From: Thermoplasmatota archaeon
GTDB taxonomy: Archaea > Thermoplasmatota > Penumbrarchaeia > Penumbrarchaeales > Penumbrarchaeaceae
Direction: 5' to 3'
DNA length: 64,000 nt
NCBI GenBank assembly: GCA_965234725.1
Contig: CBDDUX010000007.1
Coordinates: 63,293-127,292 of the forward strand
In this document: positions 1 through 10,381 of the stretch, piece by piece
Numbering within the stretch: the first letter of the stretch is position 1
How the letters are laid out: each line of letters opens with the position of its first letter
The notes under the pieces: generated by a model
Databases searched by the model: none
The model's input: the letters and a program-made list of their open reading frames with translations, nothing else
Told to the model about the DNA's origin: nothing
Position numbers and translations under genes: made by a program

Positions 1-1
1 A

Positions 2-229
2 AGGGACATGAACGGAAAGGAGGTGGGCAGGAACATGGTCGAGGAAATGGACATAGGCACCGGAGCAAATACCGAGATCTCCATAACCGTCATTGGCAGT
101 CAATACAACAGTTACAGTATCAACATTGATCTGGACTTTGAAACCACAGGGGGATCAAGGGAAAGGTCTATCCAGCATATCACTACAGAGGATGTAATGA
201 ACCTGGTGTTCGTCAATAATATCAGATAG
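2..229 (+). CDS. 3' part of a hypothetical protein, probably starting before the window
   Basis: Frame is open from the window edge to TAG at 229; converges on the PAC2 gene; no motif recognised. Confidence 0.5.
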   Translation, partial: RDMNGKEVGRNMVEEMDIGTGANTEISITVIGSQYNSYSINIDLDFETTGGSRERSIQHITTEDVMNLVFVNNIR

Positions 230-232
230 GTA

Positions 233-997
233 TCAACCAAAATACCTGAGTTCATCCTTTCTTTCCTGTTCCTCTGACTCTTCTATATTCTCCTTGATCT
301 TGGATGTTATCTCATCTATCTGTTTTGCCTTCTCCTCAAGGGAGGAGAAATCCAATTTGAAATCCAGATACTTACCCAGAACTGTCAGGACCGATCTAGC
401 AGACCTGGGATCAACGAAATATCCAGATGTCTCACCCATTAAACAGACACCATCCATTTTCTCCAGTTGGCCCAATCCGAGAAGTAGGCCTGAAGCGCCG
501 ATGATACCAGATGAGGGCTCCCCTTTCTTGAATAATACTCCTACTTCCTCAAGGGGGGCTTTTAATGATATATCCGTCACCGCTCCCAGAACCCCTGGTT
601 CTTCTATTAACTTGATAACACCATATCCACCAAGAGTGAATATCAATGAGACAGATAACTCCTTTGCTAGCTCTATGGATGCCATTGAAAGTTCGTATTG
701 GCCTTCTGGTGTCAGACCCTGGAAATCACCTGTAAGAACAACAAGGTCCCTCCTTCCACCTTCACCTTTCTTATAATGAAGATCATGTTTAACCAGTGAA
801 ACTACCCCATCCTCTCCAACGGTTACCTGGGGTGGAAGATATTTAGAATATATCTCTGCGAACTTGGTCATTTTGAGCTCTTCCACAAGGTGCTCCGCCG
901 CGAGTTTGCCAACGTTGCCCACACCAGGAAGACCCTCGATAAGGATCGCATTCTTCAATTGTGGTCTTTCCATGAACCTGATGATCACATCTTTCAT
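233..997 (-). CDS. PAC2-family proteasome assembly chaperone
   Basis: IEGLPGVGNVGKLA, GIIGASGLLLG, CLMGETSGYFVDP motifs; conserved position after nop10. Confidence 0.9.
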   Translation of the reverse strand: MKDVIIRFMERPQLKNAILIEGLPGVGNVGKLAAEHLVEELKMTKFAEIYSKYLPPQVTVGEDGVVSLVKHDLHYKKGEGGRRDLVVLTGDFQGLTPEGQYELSMASIELAKELSVSLIFTLGGYGVIKLIEEPGVLGAVTDISLKAPLEEVGVLFKKGEPSSGIIGASGLLLGLGQLEKMDGVCLMGETSGYFVDPRSARSVLTVLGKYLDFKLDFSSLEEKAKQIDEITSKIKENIEESEEQERKDELRYFG

Positions 998-1173
998 TCA
1001 CTTCCCTCCTTTTCCTTATCGCCGTACAATGTCATTCTCCTGTACTTTCCGAACCTATCCTGTGGTGAATACCTCGGTGGAAAAGTATTCTCAGAGGTTA
1101 CATTGCATTTCTTGCAGTCCTGTGAAAGTGTGTAATTCCCACAAGCAGGACACTTCTTTATACGGCTGATCAA
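994..1173 (-). CDS. nop10: H/ACA RNP protein Nop10 (59 aa, not in ORF track)
   Basis: Hand translation MISRIKKCPACGNYTLSQDCKKCNVTSENTFPPRYSPQDRFGKYRR...: Zn knuckle plus PPRYSPxDxxGKYRR; TTG start with GGTGA RBS; stop overlaps the PAC2 start. Confidence 0.93.
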   Translation of the reverse strand: MISRIKKCPACGNYTLSQDCKKCNVTSENTFPPRYSPQDRFGKYRRMTLYGDKEKEGSE

Positions 1174-1194
1174 GTGTTCACCGACCGTTCCAAT

Positions 1195-1992
1195 TCATCC
1201 CTTCCGAATGAACTTTCCGGTTCCGTTCTTCGATTCGAGGAAATTGAGGGCTGCTTCAGCAGAACCCTTCAGGATCTCTTCCGCCGTCTTGTAATCAGGG
1301 GCAGAAAGGATCAGGCGGTACCTTGGAGCTCCAACGTAAAGTATTGTCAGTTTCACATCTTCGATATCCCCGACAGAAATTTCAGCCCTATTAAGGGATT
1401 CCTTGATATCGTTCATACCATCGGAAGAAGTTGTTGTCATCTCCAGGATCCCGCTTATCTCTACGAAAGGTGGAGTGATATTCTCTCTTGCCACGGCGAG
1501 GAAGGGTTCCACCCATTCACCCTCGAAACCAGAATCACTCAGAGCTGATTCCCTCATGGCAGATATCTCAAATGCGGCAAAAAGCGAACCATACTCGGCT
1601 ATGAGATCGAAACCGAACTCTTCCATTCCCCATGGAAGGTCATGTCCGAGGTTCTGACAGAGGAGCTCCACAAGTTTTTGGGCCTTTTGTTCGCTTTTCC
1701 ACTGCTGTATCTTCTCCCTCTTCTGATGCTCATTAACGGCTTTAAGAGAGAGATCAACGAACTTGTTCTTCCTTTTGGTATCTATTCCAAGAACCTTACA
1801 GACGACCTTCTGGCCTTCACGAACATGATCACGGATATATTTGACCCATCCTGAAGCCACCTCGGCTATGTGGATGAAACCTTCCTTTCCCGGATATTCA
1901 TCAAGGTCGACCACGACCCCGAAGTTCTTGACCTGCCTCACAGTGGCGACCACTAGTTCGCCGTCTTCCGGCAGATCCGTTCCTGGGGTCAT
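1195..1992 (-). CDS. eif2a: Translation initiation factor aIF-2 alpha subunit
   Basis: S1 domain (ELVVATV...LDEYPGKEGFIHIAEVASGWVKYIRDHV), VDLSLK, YVGAPRY. Confidence 0.97.
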   Translation of the reverse strand: MTPGTDLPEDGELVVATVRQVKNFGVVVDLDEYPGKEGFIHIAEVASGWVKYIRDHVREGQKVVCKVLGIDTKRKNKFVDLSLKAVNEHQKREKIQQWKSEQKAQKLVELLCQNLGHDLPWGMEEFGFDLIAEYGSLFAAFEISAMRESALSDSGFEGEWVEPFLAVARENITPPFVEISGILEMTTTSSDGMNDIKESLNRAEISVGDIEDVKLTILYVGAPRYRLILSAPDYKTAEEILKGSAEAALNFLESKNGTGKFIRKG

Positions 1993-2009
1993 TTATTTCA
2001 CACTCCTGA

Positions 2010-2198
2010 TCAAACTTCAGGGAGGTTGTCAACCCTCTCGACAACTTCACCCTTTATCTCGGCTTTACCACCACGGGGGATAGCAAGGGTGGATCCGCAC
2101 ACTGTGCAGCTTACTTTTGTGTTGGACCTGTCGAATATTGTCTGAGCATTACCGCAGTCCGGACACTTGACCTTAATGAACTTTGACCTTGTCTCCAT
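2010..2198 (-). CDS. rps27e: 30S ribosomal protein S27e
   Basis: SKFIKVKCPDCGNAQTIF...CTVCG...PRGGKA; GGAGGT RBS puts the start at one of three ATGs (2198-2204), not at 2402. Confidence 0.95.
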   Translation of the reverse strand: METRSKFIKVKCPDCGNAQTIFDRSNTKVSCTVCGSTLAIPRGGKAEIKGEVVERVDNLPEV

Positions 2199-2211
2199 CA
2201 TCATACCTCCC

Positions 2212-2493
2212 CTAAACCTCCACCAGCTCGAACTTCTTCGCCCGCAATGAAGGGCTCTGGTGGGCCTTACCACATGTTTTACACTTATACTTGAGGTTGA
2301 CCCTCTTTGTGGGTTTCTCCCTTCCTTCCGGCTTAGGCCTGGGGAAACCTCCGTAACCGGCAGTGACCTTCCTGAAACGTCTCTGCCCCCACTTGAGCTC
2401 ACTGGCCCTCTTCTTCTTCACCTTGTCGACCTCGTGGTCTGTGTGCTTCTTGCATGAGGGGCAGTACCTCTTGATACTCCTTGGTCTTTTCAT
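2212..2493 (-). CDS. rpl44e: 50S ribosomal protein L44e
   Basis: YCPSCKKHTDH, WGQRRF, GYGGFPRP, KPTKR, CKTC. Confidence 0.97.
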   Translation of the reverse strand: MKRPRSIKRYCPSCKKHTDHEVDKVKKKRASELKWGQRRFRKVTAGYGGFPRPKPEGREKPTKRVNLKYKCKTCGKAHQSPSLRAKKFELVEV

Positions 2494-2634
2494 TTAAACT
2501 CACCCGTGTCACTGAACCGGCGATACAGGAGGCCGGTATTTTAGAACCACTATTAATAATTAATTGGTACCAACGAAAGGATCAGTGTTTTTATAGATCC
2601 GAGCCAGTTTTCCCTTTAGGAAGATAAGGGCTGC

Positions 2635-2934
2635 TTATTGGGTTTCCTTTTCCTGCTTGGGCCCTCTCCGGAGGACTATCTCGATCCAGGATACGTTCAC
2701 TCCGCCTTCTCTATCCTCGTCCTCTACATTTTCGGTCCCTATCCTTATATCGCCCAACAATGTATCCGAAAGGAACCTGTTCCTGACTATCTCTGTAACA
2801 TCTACCGCTTTACTTATCGCCCTGCCCCTGGCCTTAATGGTAACGATCCCGGTACCGGTGTTGAATTGAGTAACCACAGCCAGTACGTAGTTCATAGATG
2901 GCTTTCTTCCAATGAAAACTGTGTTGTCTTCCAC
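2635..2934 (-). CDS. albA: DNA/RNA-binding protein Alba
   Basis: [38 protein letters not shown]. Confidence 0.95.
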   Translation of the reverse strand: MEDNTVFIGRKPSMNYVLAVVTQFNTGTGIVTIKARGRAISKAVDVTEIVRNRFLSDTLLGDIRIGTENVEDEDREGGVNVSWIEIVLRRGPKQEKETQ

Positions 2935-3206
2935 ACTGTGGCCCCCCTTTTTTTAGGGTCTGTCATTATTGAAAGGGCCTCTATTAAAGGTTTTCCGGTG
3001 AAAGAAAATGACAATTTGGAAGGGGTCCGTCAGCCATACACCGATGAAAGATCATTATGATCCCATTCGTTGATCCCAGTTCGAAACCAAGCAACAAAAG
3101 ATCGTCGCCAACATATTACCGTTGTGCGGGTCTGGAAATTCTAAAATGATTAATGGTGATCAAGAATTTCCAGATAAAAAAGAAATAGCCGCTGGCCATT
3201 GAACCG

Positions 3207-4556
3207 ATGTTCCGATATGATCGAACAATGGAAGCGGTTACAATGCTGGACCCATGGGAGACCCGTCAGATAAAGGACTATGACAGGATCATGGATGAGT
3301 TTGGCATAGATCGATTCTCACTAAACTTACTACCAGAAGATCCAGCACCTCCAAGACTTTTCAGCCAAGGAGTTGTTTTCGGGCAGAGGGGATTTCAGAC
3401 GATATCCAGGAAGATCAAGAGAGGAGAACCATTCGCGATCATGTCCGGCCTGATGCCCTCTGGTAGGATGCATCTTGGCCACAAGATGGTGATCGATCAG
3501 ATGACCTACTTACAGGAGTTTGGTGCCAGAGTCTTTGTGGGAATTGCAGATTTGGAATCATATTCCACCAGGAACATGCCTCTGGAGAAAGCAAGAGAAC
3601 TTGCAATAGAATCCTATGTCAAGAACTACCTGGCCCTTGGATTGGGACGGGAAGGGCTTGAGATCTACTTCCAATCCAGAAGGAGAGAGGTGAAGGACCT
3701 TGCCCTTCTTCTTGGTAAGAAGGTGAATCTATCCACCATGAGGGCTATTTACGGTTTCAACGACCAGACGAACGTGGGCCATCTTATGTCACCGCTAATT
3801 CAAGCAGGTGACATACTTCATCCCCAGATCAAACTTGGACCGATCCCTGTCGTTGTTCCTGTCGGCATCGACCAGGACCCCCATATGAGACTTTGCAGGG
3901 ACCTTGCTTCTTCTTTCAGATTACTCAATACGACAGAGACTGCCGATGGCAAGATAGGGGCGTTTGTAAAGGTCGACAATGATGTGGAAAGACTCCTTGG
4001 AAAGTCCAGAGCAGCCCTTGAGAGGGAAGGATACCTTGAGTTTAAAATGATACCCAGCTACAAGGCCCTTTACATCAACGGGGCCTCGAGATCGGACCTG
4101 ATATCCATTGATGAGACCCTTTCCATGGTCGAGAAGGATGAGGGAGAATACGGCTTCATTCCCCCTGCATCTACCTATCATAAGTTCATAAGGGGTTTAA
4201 CAGGAGAGAAGATGTCCTCGTCAAAGCCAGAGACTGCGATCTTCCTTGATGATGATCCTGCTGACGCAAGGAAGAAGATCATGCGGGCAATAACCGGGGG
4301 AAGGGAGACTGCCGAGGAACAGAGGGAAAAAGGAGGAGACCCCGATAACTGCGCTGTGTTCGAGACCATGCTTTTCCACACGGTAGGGGATGAGAACGAG
4401 GTGGAAAGGATAAGGTCTGAATGCAGGAGGGGGGAGCGTCTTTGTGGCCAGTGCAAGAAAGAGGCTGCAGAGCATCTGGTAGGATTCCTGAAGGATCTGG
4501 AAGAGAGAAGGGAAGCCACCGAACATTTGATTGGTACATACGTAATGGATGATTAG
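3207..4556 (+). CDS. trpS: Tryptophanyl-tRNA synthetase (start may be 3228 or 3243)
   Basis: PSGRMHLGH (HIGH), VPVGIDQDPH, KMSSS, C-terminal C..C..CGQCK cluster; ~75 aa insert before KMSSS. Confidence 0.95.
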   Translation: MFRYDRTMEAVTMLDPWETRQIKDYDRIMDEFGIDRFSLNLLPEDPAPPRLFSQGVVFGQRGFQTISRKIKRGEPFAIMSGLMPSGRMHLGHKMVIDQMTYLQEFGARVFVGIADLESYSTRNMPLEKARELAIESYVKNYLALGLGREGLEIYFQSRRREVKDLALLLGKKVNLSTMRAIYGFNDQTNVGHLMSPLIQAGDILHPQIKLGPIPVVVPVGIDQDPHMRLCRDLASSFRLLNTTETADGKIGAFVKVDNDVERLLGKSRAALEREGYLEFKMIPSYKALYINGASRSDLISIDETLSMVEKDEGEYGFIPPASTYHKFIRGLTGEKMSSSKPETAIFLDDDPADARKKIMRAITGGRETAEEQREKGGDPDNCAVFETMLFHTVGDENEVERIRSECRRGERLCGQCKKEAAEHLVGFLKDLEERREATEHLIGTYVMDD

Positions 4557-4627
4557 TCCCTTATAGGAATTTTGACCAAATCTAAAAATATCAGGTCCTT
4601 GAATTTTAATTTTAGGTAGTTGGTTAA

Positions 4628-4969
4628 ATGGCGCGACGCAGGGACGGAAACAAAACCTACAAATCGGGTGACCCGATCCATATAGTGGTAACCCAGGATT
4701 TTGTGACCGATGCCAATAAATTCTTCAACTACTGCAGGGAAAAGGGTTACAATCCGTCCCAGGTCATCAGACAGGCCATGGTTGATTGGCTGAATAGGGA
4801 AGAGAACGACATGGAATCTTTCCAGGCCAGGGCAAATAGCAATGGAAACGGTAATTCATCGTTGGACCTTGACGAGAAGCTCATGAGCCTCCTCCAGGAT
4901 CGTCCTGGGAGACAGCCAAAAAGAGGGATGAGCCTCAAGACCGTCAAGGAGATTCTTGAAGGTGTTTGA
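4628..4969 (+). CDS. Hypothetical protein with ribbon-helix-helix-like N-terminus
   Basis: beta-strand IHIVV followed by helix-GYNPSQVIRQAMVDWL, a CopG/RHH-like pattern. Confidence 0.55.
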   Translation: MARRRDGNKTYKSGDPIHIVVTQDFVTDANKFFNYCREKGYNPSQVIRQAMVDWLNREENDMESFQARANSNGNGNSSLDLDEKLMSLLQDRPGRQPKRGMSLKTVKEILEGV

Positions 4970-5000
4970 TCCGATTACCTATTTTCAGTTCTTCCTTTGA

Positions 5001-6233
5001 TCAGAAATTCAATCTATATCGGAGCAATGCCGCTATTCCTCCAAATGCCCTTAGGAGCATCTGGCCCTCCGATGAATCCGTGGAAATTATCTCCATCTGG
5101 GTAGAGAAAGAATCGCATACTTCTGCTATCTCCTCGACAATATCGGTCTCATTGATCATCTGACATGGCGACTGGTCATCAGGGCAGAGGAGTTCGGGCT
5201 GATCGGCCTTCTTCTGATCCACCTCGAATTCCTTATCACAGGTTGGACATTTGAAGACACGATGGGTCGTCTTCATATCCTCAGAAATGAGCAGAATATC
5301 AACCGCTCCAAGCTCGAGAGCCGTTCTAACCTGCTTCATACCATATGAAGCAAGACCTCCATCCTCCTTCCTTATCTCCATGAACAATCTGTCCATGAGG
5401 TCCTTCTCATGGGATACCTCCAGATGCTGGAGGGATGGACGTGCCTTTTCAATGAGCTCATCGAGACCGGATTCGTCCGTGTAACCGGTATCGAATGATT
5501 CCACAACCTTCTTCTGGAGTTCGTGATGAAGGTAGTTATTGTTCATGAAAAAGTCCTTAGTGGCACCAGGGCCTCCGATCAGGATCCCCTTCAATCCTTC
5601 CACATCCAGGAATGCCTCGGTGCAGAGGTCCCCTATTTTCTTGAAATATTCATGGGCGGCCAATTCGATCAGCCTCTCGAACCTCTGCTTGGACTGACCA
5701 CCCTTTCCATGCTTCGATGGGACCAGGGATTGGATGTTCTTTATGACATCCACTCTCTTTCCCTTGAGAAAACCAAGGGTTGCCTCCTTCCTGTCAAGTA
5801 CTATCAGTCCGAACACATCTTCATCTGTAAGCATCTCCCTCAGATGGTCCAGATAGAAATAGCTGTCACAACGATAGAGGAAAGTGGTGAGTTGACTTGG
5901 TGGTTCGACCACATGAGCGACCATCTTTGTCTGGTCGGCACCTGTAGGGACATGACCTACGAAGAATGCAAGTCCGTTCTCAGGAGCCTCTCTGAGGTTC
6001 TTCAACCTTGATAGTATGGATTCGATTGCTGAACTGACATTCTTTCGGGTGGTCTTTGATTTGATGTTCGACGATTGACCCAGTTCATTTCGAAGGTAAT
6101 TGGATACATCCGAGATCTGCTTGGAGTTGGGGACCAGGAGCGTTATTAACTCCGTGTTCCGTCCTTTGTAAGAGCCCAGCTCTTCCAGGACCCTTTTGAA
6201 TGCATACCTCTGCCTGGGATCCATCTTTGCCAT
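5001..6233 (-). CDS. prf1: Peptide chain release factor aRF1
   Basis: GRNTELITL, NIKS, YRCD, HGKGGQS motifs; Zn-ribbon insert in the C-terminal domain. Confidence 0.98.
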   Translation of the reverse strand: MAKMDPRQRYAFKRVLEELGSYKGRNTELITLLVPNSKQISDVSNYLRNELGQSSNIKSKTTRKNVSSAIESILSRLKNLREAPENGLAFFVGHVPTGADQTKMVAHVVEPPSQLTTFLYRCDSYFYLDHLREMLTDEDVFGLIVLDRKEATLGFLKGKRVDVIKNIQSLVPSKHGKGGQSKQRFERLIELAAHEYFKKIGDLCTEAFLDVEGLKGILIGGPGATKDFFMNNNYLHHELQKKVVESFDTGYTDESGLDELIEKARPSLQHLEVSHEKDLMDRLFMEIRKEDGGLASYGMKQVRTALELGAVDILLISEDMKTTHRVFKCPTCDKEFEVDQKKADQPELLCPDDQSPCQMINETDIVEEIAEVCDSFSTQMEIISTDSSEGQMLLRAFGGIAALLRYRLNF

Positions 6234-6402
6234 TGTTCTCCACCATGTCTGCTGGGTTGAATAACCCCCTCACTATCAGCCCTGTTTAAAAATCTTTCCG
6301 ATACCTCTTTTCTTGTACCGTTATCCAGATGCACCCTGGATATAAGCATGACCACGAAATTCTATTATATCAAGAGGCTATATGAAGGGGCGGCATCTCA
6401 TG

Positions 6403-6420
6403 CACAGCATATATGCTGTG
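6403..6420. promoter_or_regulatory. Perfect 18-bp palindrome, candidate operator
   Basis: CACAGCATATATGCTGTG equals its own reverse complement; lies between TATA-like sequences (6363-6383) and the ATG at 6449. Confidence 0.5.
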
Positions 6421-6448
6421 TTGGAGTGATCCTTTACCGGGTGATCAT

Positions 6449-9400
6449 ATGAAGCAAAGGTTTCCCATTGTAATGAGCCTTCTATTGGTAATATTGATGG
6501 CATTTCCGATCCTTCCGTTCTCGGGAGGAGAGGAGGTCAGATCAACGGATGGAACACCCTCGAGATACGGATTCACACCCGTCCTCTATGCGGTAGAGGA
6601 TCCTGATTCCGAGGTGATCTGCGTTGATAGCGGTGATTTCGACAAGGTTAACAACGATGATGTTGTCATCGGATTGAAGGATTCCATTCAGGTCCTGAAA
6701 AACAACGGAGCATCCGGATCTTCCTTCGATTTCGATCTTCACCAGACCATTTCAACAACCGGGTTCTATATAACCCGGATCAAATGGGTGGATTACGATA
6801 ACGATAATGATCTTGATATAGTAGCTCTGGGACAGGGGGAGTATTTCATGTATGGTGATCCCACATCCGTTACTACTCCTCTTGGTCCATCTATTTTCGA
6901 TATGAAGATCTTCTACATTGAAAACCAGTTGGGCACATTCACGGAGGAGGATTCGGAACTTTTTGAAGATGCTTATTCCTACCTCAATCTCTGGTATTAT
7001 TCCGACTGCAAGTTCGATATGGACTGCGGTGATGTGGACGGCGACGGCGACCTCGATACAATGATAGCCTACGTTGCAGATACTAATACCGGCACCATAG
7101 GAGGGGAGCGGATCTACTTCAAGCTGATCGATTACAAACCAGGGAACCTCACCAACTCAACCATCCAGCAGGTGACCTTGACCGCTATTGCGGATATGAA
7201 CCCCCTTGTGAGGCTTGCCGATTTCGATGCCGACGGCAATCTTGACATGGTCTATTCCTACGGAGGCGTGGCAGGAGGCAATATACTTGAGGCCAGGCTC
7301 TTCATCAAATGGCATACCGGTGTGGGAGCTGCCTGGGGGAGCCCAGACGACCTGGACCCTAACCAGAACCTTCTTCAGGGAGGGATCATGGGATCCATAC
7401 CTTATGCAATAGCCGTAGGGGAATTCGCTGGCAACGACCTTCCTGATATCGCATTGACGAACAACAGGAACGGGGGAACCAACCCACCCTTCGGCGATGC
7501 AGGTGTATACCTCATCAGGTCAAAGGACAATAGGGTCTTCGAGGATCCCTATTCTGCATATTCCCAGCAGGGAGATTTCATGATAAGGGGAATGGCCGTT
7601 GGTGAGATGAGAAAACTGGGCAGGGATGACATCATCTGCTTCCAGAAGATAGATACCACATCGGATCCCGACCCCCATGATGGTATCGACCATTACGGAT
7701 TGACCCTGATCGAAGCCAGACAGGCATTCCCATACAGTTTCGATAAAATCAAGACCTTCCAGACATCAGGTTCTCTCCCCTATCAGATGATCAAGGATGT
7801 TTCAGTGGGGAATTTCGATAACGATCCTGACGGATATGATGATATTGTGTTCGTCGGGGACAAGGTTACAGTGGGTTTCACAACCTATCCTCCAAACATT
7901 CCCCCGAGCAAGGTGAGGGTAACGGTCTCTCCCACTCCTATCATCAACGATGATAAGATCGCAACGATCAACCTAACTATCGAGGACCTTGACGGATGGG
8001 ACGATCTGACCAAGATCGAGGTGGATTTCACCCCGGCAGGCCTTCCTTTTAGGGCGGTGACCAAACCCGAGAAAGATCCTAATAACACGACAATAGGGTG
8101 GTATGAGTTCACGATCCAGGTACCCCCTACCGTGAAGGAGGGGGACTATGATATCAAGTTCTACATGTACGATAAATCATCTGACCCACCTGGCAAGAAC
8201 TCCCCCAAGGCAAACGATACCTTCCTGTTCAGAGTAAAACAATACAACAGAAGACCTGAGATCGCTCTCTCCCCTGAGAACAGAACTCTTTATGTGAAGG
8301 AGGATGTACCAACATATTTTGAAAACGTCTACGACTGGTTCGTTGACTATGACATCCAGGAGGGATACTCCTCAACTCCCCTTGAGATCAAACTAAGGTC
8401 CTATCAGTCCAATTCATTCGTTGAATCGGTCACACTGAGGAATATGGATGGAGGAACGATATTCAATGTGGAAATGGTCAATGGTTCAATGGGAGATCCA
8501 TGGAACTGGTCGCTGTTGGTATCTCCCGGAAGTGATTTCCACCACTCTGCAGGTCTAAGTGATCAGCTCACAATGAGAGCATATGACGGAGCTCTCAAAA
8601 CCGATCCTCTCCTTCGTCTGAACATAGTTGTCCTCCCTGTAAACGACGATCCCTCGATCCCTGTGCAAAAAAGGTTCCCATCTGACGGACCCTTTGAGTT
8701 CTCATTGGAACAGGATGAGATAAGCGGATCCTATCCATTGAAGGCCACTGACGAAGCGGACGGGCAGACACCTTACCTCGAATATTTCTTCGAGTATGAT
8801 GATCCTGCAGACGAGGAATGGATCTACATAAGCAGAGATGGAACTGTCTCATGGTTCCCTGAAAATGATAATGTTGGACCTCACAAGATCACACTCTGGG
8901 TAACGGACGGGACCGCAAACATTTCGCAGGTGCTTTGGTTCAACGTCTCCAATGTTCTGGACAGCCCATACTTCGTCTTCGTTTCCAATGGCACGAAGAC
9001 ATTCACGAACATTCCACAACACATCCCCGCAAGGTACGAGTTCATAGTGAATGAACATGAGGAATTCAATCTCACCATAAAGGTCGAGGACCCGGACAGG
9101 ATCATCGGCCTTCAGGATGATGTCTCATTCAAGTGCAACCTGACGCTCCTCAACAACACATACCTGGATGTTGATCCGATCGATCCATTCAAAGCATACT
9201 TCCATTTCGTTGCAGAGAAGAAGTTCGGATACTATGCAACATACGAACCCTCATCCCCACCGATAGAAACTGAGATAATCGTGACCGATGGAATTGACCA
9301 GGACATTCTGATAGTGTTCCCAATAAGGATCATCATAAAGAACATCAATGATCCGCCCATACTGGTCCAGATAGAAAAACCTGAGGAAGGATACTCACAT

Positions 9401-10318
9401 CCAATTCTCTACAATTTCATATTCTCAGCTGGTGAGGCACTCGATCCTGATACGGTATACAATGACACTCTCACATACCAGTGGGATTTCGATGCATCCG
9501 ACGGATTCCAACCTGAGTTCATTGGAAAATCGGGTACCTGGAACTTCCAATCTGCCGGATCATACATGATCACCCTCAGAGTGGTGGATAGCGCTGGAAA
9601 CCATATAGAGACCTACAGGAACATCACCGTCTCCGGTCTCAAGGACGATGACGATTTCGATAATGATGGAATGTCCAATAAATGGGAGGATGAGAACGGC
9701 CTCGACAAGTATGATCCAAAAGATGCTCTGGAAGATTCAGACGGGGACGAACTTTCTAACCTCGAGGAGTTCCTTAACCTCACCGACCCAAGGAAGAGGG
9801 ATTCAGACGGAGACGGAAGTCCGGATGGCGAGGATTACTCTCCTCTTGACTCCCTTGTATGGAAGGAACCTGAGGAGAAGAAGGAATGGACCGATGACAC
9901 CGGCAATATAGTCATGCTGATCGTGATCATACTGGTAGTCCTCCTTCTGCTCATTGCTCTGTTCGTCTTCCTGCTCCTTCGGTCCAGGAAGAAGTCCAAG
10001 GAGGAAGAGGAGAAGAGGAAAAGAGCAGAGGAGATGCAGAGGTCCATGTATGAGAACCAGGACCTCTATTCGAATCTGCCACCTGTTGAACAGACATCAG
10101 CACCAGCCGTTACCACTGGACCTTCAGTACCTCAACTGCCTCCACAGGAGGCCGATAAGGGTCTGGACGATATCTTCGGTGGGGCTGGAACACTTCCCGG
10201 CACGGAACAAGCTCCCAGCCTGCCTCCAGGACCTGATGATGGTCAGGCACCATCCGTACAACTCCCATCGGAACCACAGAAGGAAACCGGTGATATCACC
10301 GATCTGTTGGACCAGTGA
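6449..10318 (+). CDS. Large membrane-anchored surface protein: FG-GAP/VCBS propeller, cadherin/Ig-like repeats, PKD, TSP3-like Ca-binding repeats, TM helix, Pro-rich tail
   Basis: Signal peptide after GGTGA RBS; DxDxDGDxD repeats; VNDDP/INDPP linkers; LTYQWDFD...GSYMITLRVVDS; DNDGMSNKWE...DGDELSNLEE; TM followed by RSRKK. Confidence 0.85.
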   Translation: MKQRFPIVMSLLLVILMAFPILPFSGGEEVRSTDGTPSRYGFTPVLYAVEDPDSEVICVDSGDFDKVNNDDVVIGLKDSIQVLKNNGASGSSFDFDLHQTISTTGFYITRIKWVDYDNDNDLDIVALGQGEYFMYGDPTSVTTPLGPSIFDMKIFYIENQLGTFTEEDSELFEDAYSYLNLWYYSDCKFDMDCGDVDGDGDLDTMIAYVADTNTGTIGGERIYFKLIDYKPGNLTNSTIQQVTLTAIADMNPLVRLADFDADGNLDMVYSYGGVAGGNILEARLFIKWHTGVGAAWGSPDDLDPNQNLLQGGIMGSIPYAIAVGEFAGNDLPDIALTNNRNGGTNPPFGDAGVYLIRSKDNRVFEDPYSAYSQQGDFMIRGMAVGEMRKLGRDDIICFQKIDTTSDPDPHDGIDHYGLTLIEARQAFPYSFDKIKTFQTSGSLPYQMIKDVSVGNFDNDPDGYDDIVFVGDKVTVGFTTYPPNIPPSKVRVTVSPTPIINDDKIATINLTIEDLDGWDDLTKIEVDFTPAGLPFRAVTKPEKDPNNTTIGWYEFTIQVPPTVKEGDYDIKFYMYDKSSDPPGKNSPKANDTFLFRVKQYNRRPEIALSPENRTLYVKEDVPTYFENVYDWFVDYDIQEGYSSTPLEIKLRSYQSNSFVESVTLRNMDGGTIFNVEMVNGSMGDPWNWSLLVSPGSDFHHSAGLSDQLTMRAYDGALKTDPLLRLNIVVLPVNDDPSIPVQKRFPSDGPFEFSLEQDEISGSYPLKATDEADGQTPYLEYFFEYDDPADEEWIYISRDGTVSWFPENDNVGPHKITLWVTDGTANISQVLWFNVSNVLDSPYFVFVSNGTKTFTNIPQHIPARYEFIVNEHEEFNLTIKVEDPDRIIGLQDDVSFKCNLTLLNNTYLDVDPIDPFKAYFHFVAEKKFGYYATYEPSSPPIETEIIVTDGIDQDILIVFPIRIIIKNINDPPILVQIEKPEEGYSHPILYNFIFSAGEALDPDTVYNDTLTYQWDFDASDGFQPEFIGKSGTWNFQSAGSYMITLRVVDSAGNHIETYRNITVSGLKDDDDFDNDGMSNKWEDENGLDKYDPKDALEDSDGDELSNLEEFLNLTDPRKRDSDGDGSPDGEDYSPLDSLVWKEPEEKKEWTDDTGNIVMLIVIILVVLLLLIALFVFLLLRSRKKSKEEEEKRKRAEEMQRSMYENQDLYSNLPPVEQTSAPAVTTGPSVPQLPPQEADKGLDDIFGGAGTLPGTEQAPSLPPGPDDGQAPSVQLPSEPQKETGDITDLLDQ

Positions 10319-10381
10319 TACCCGCCAAATTTAATATGGGTCCTCCCCTCTCTCCCGCCAATACCTCGAGGAGGCGGTCTC

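Noticed and set aside
3060-3095. GTTCGAAAC resembling a tRNA T-loop
   Set aside because: No T-stem or cloverleaf can be formed.
3900-4150. TrpRS insertion as an intein
   Set aside because: No intein terminal motifs; similar inserts are known in other euryarchaeal TrpRS proteins.
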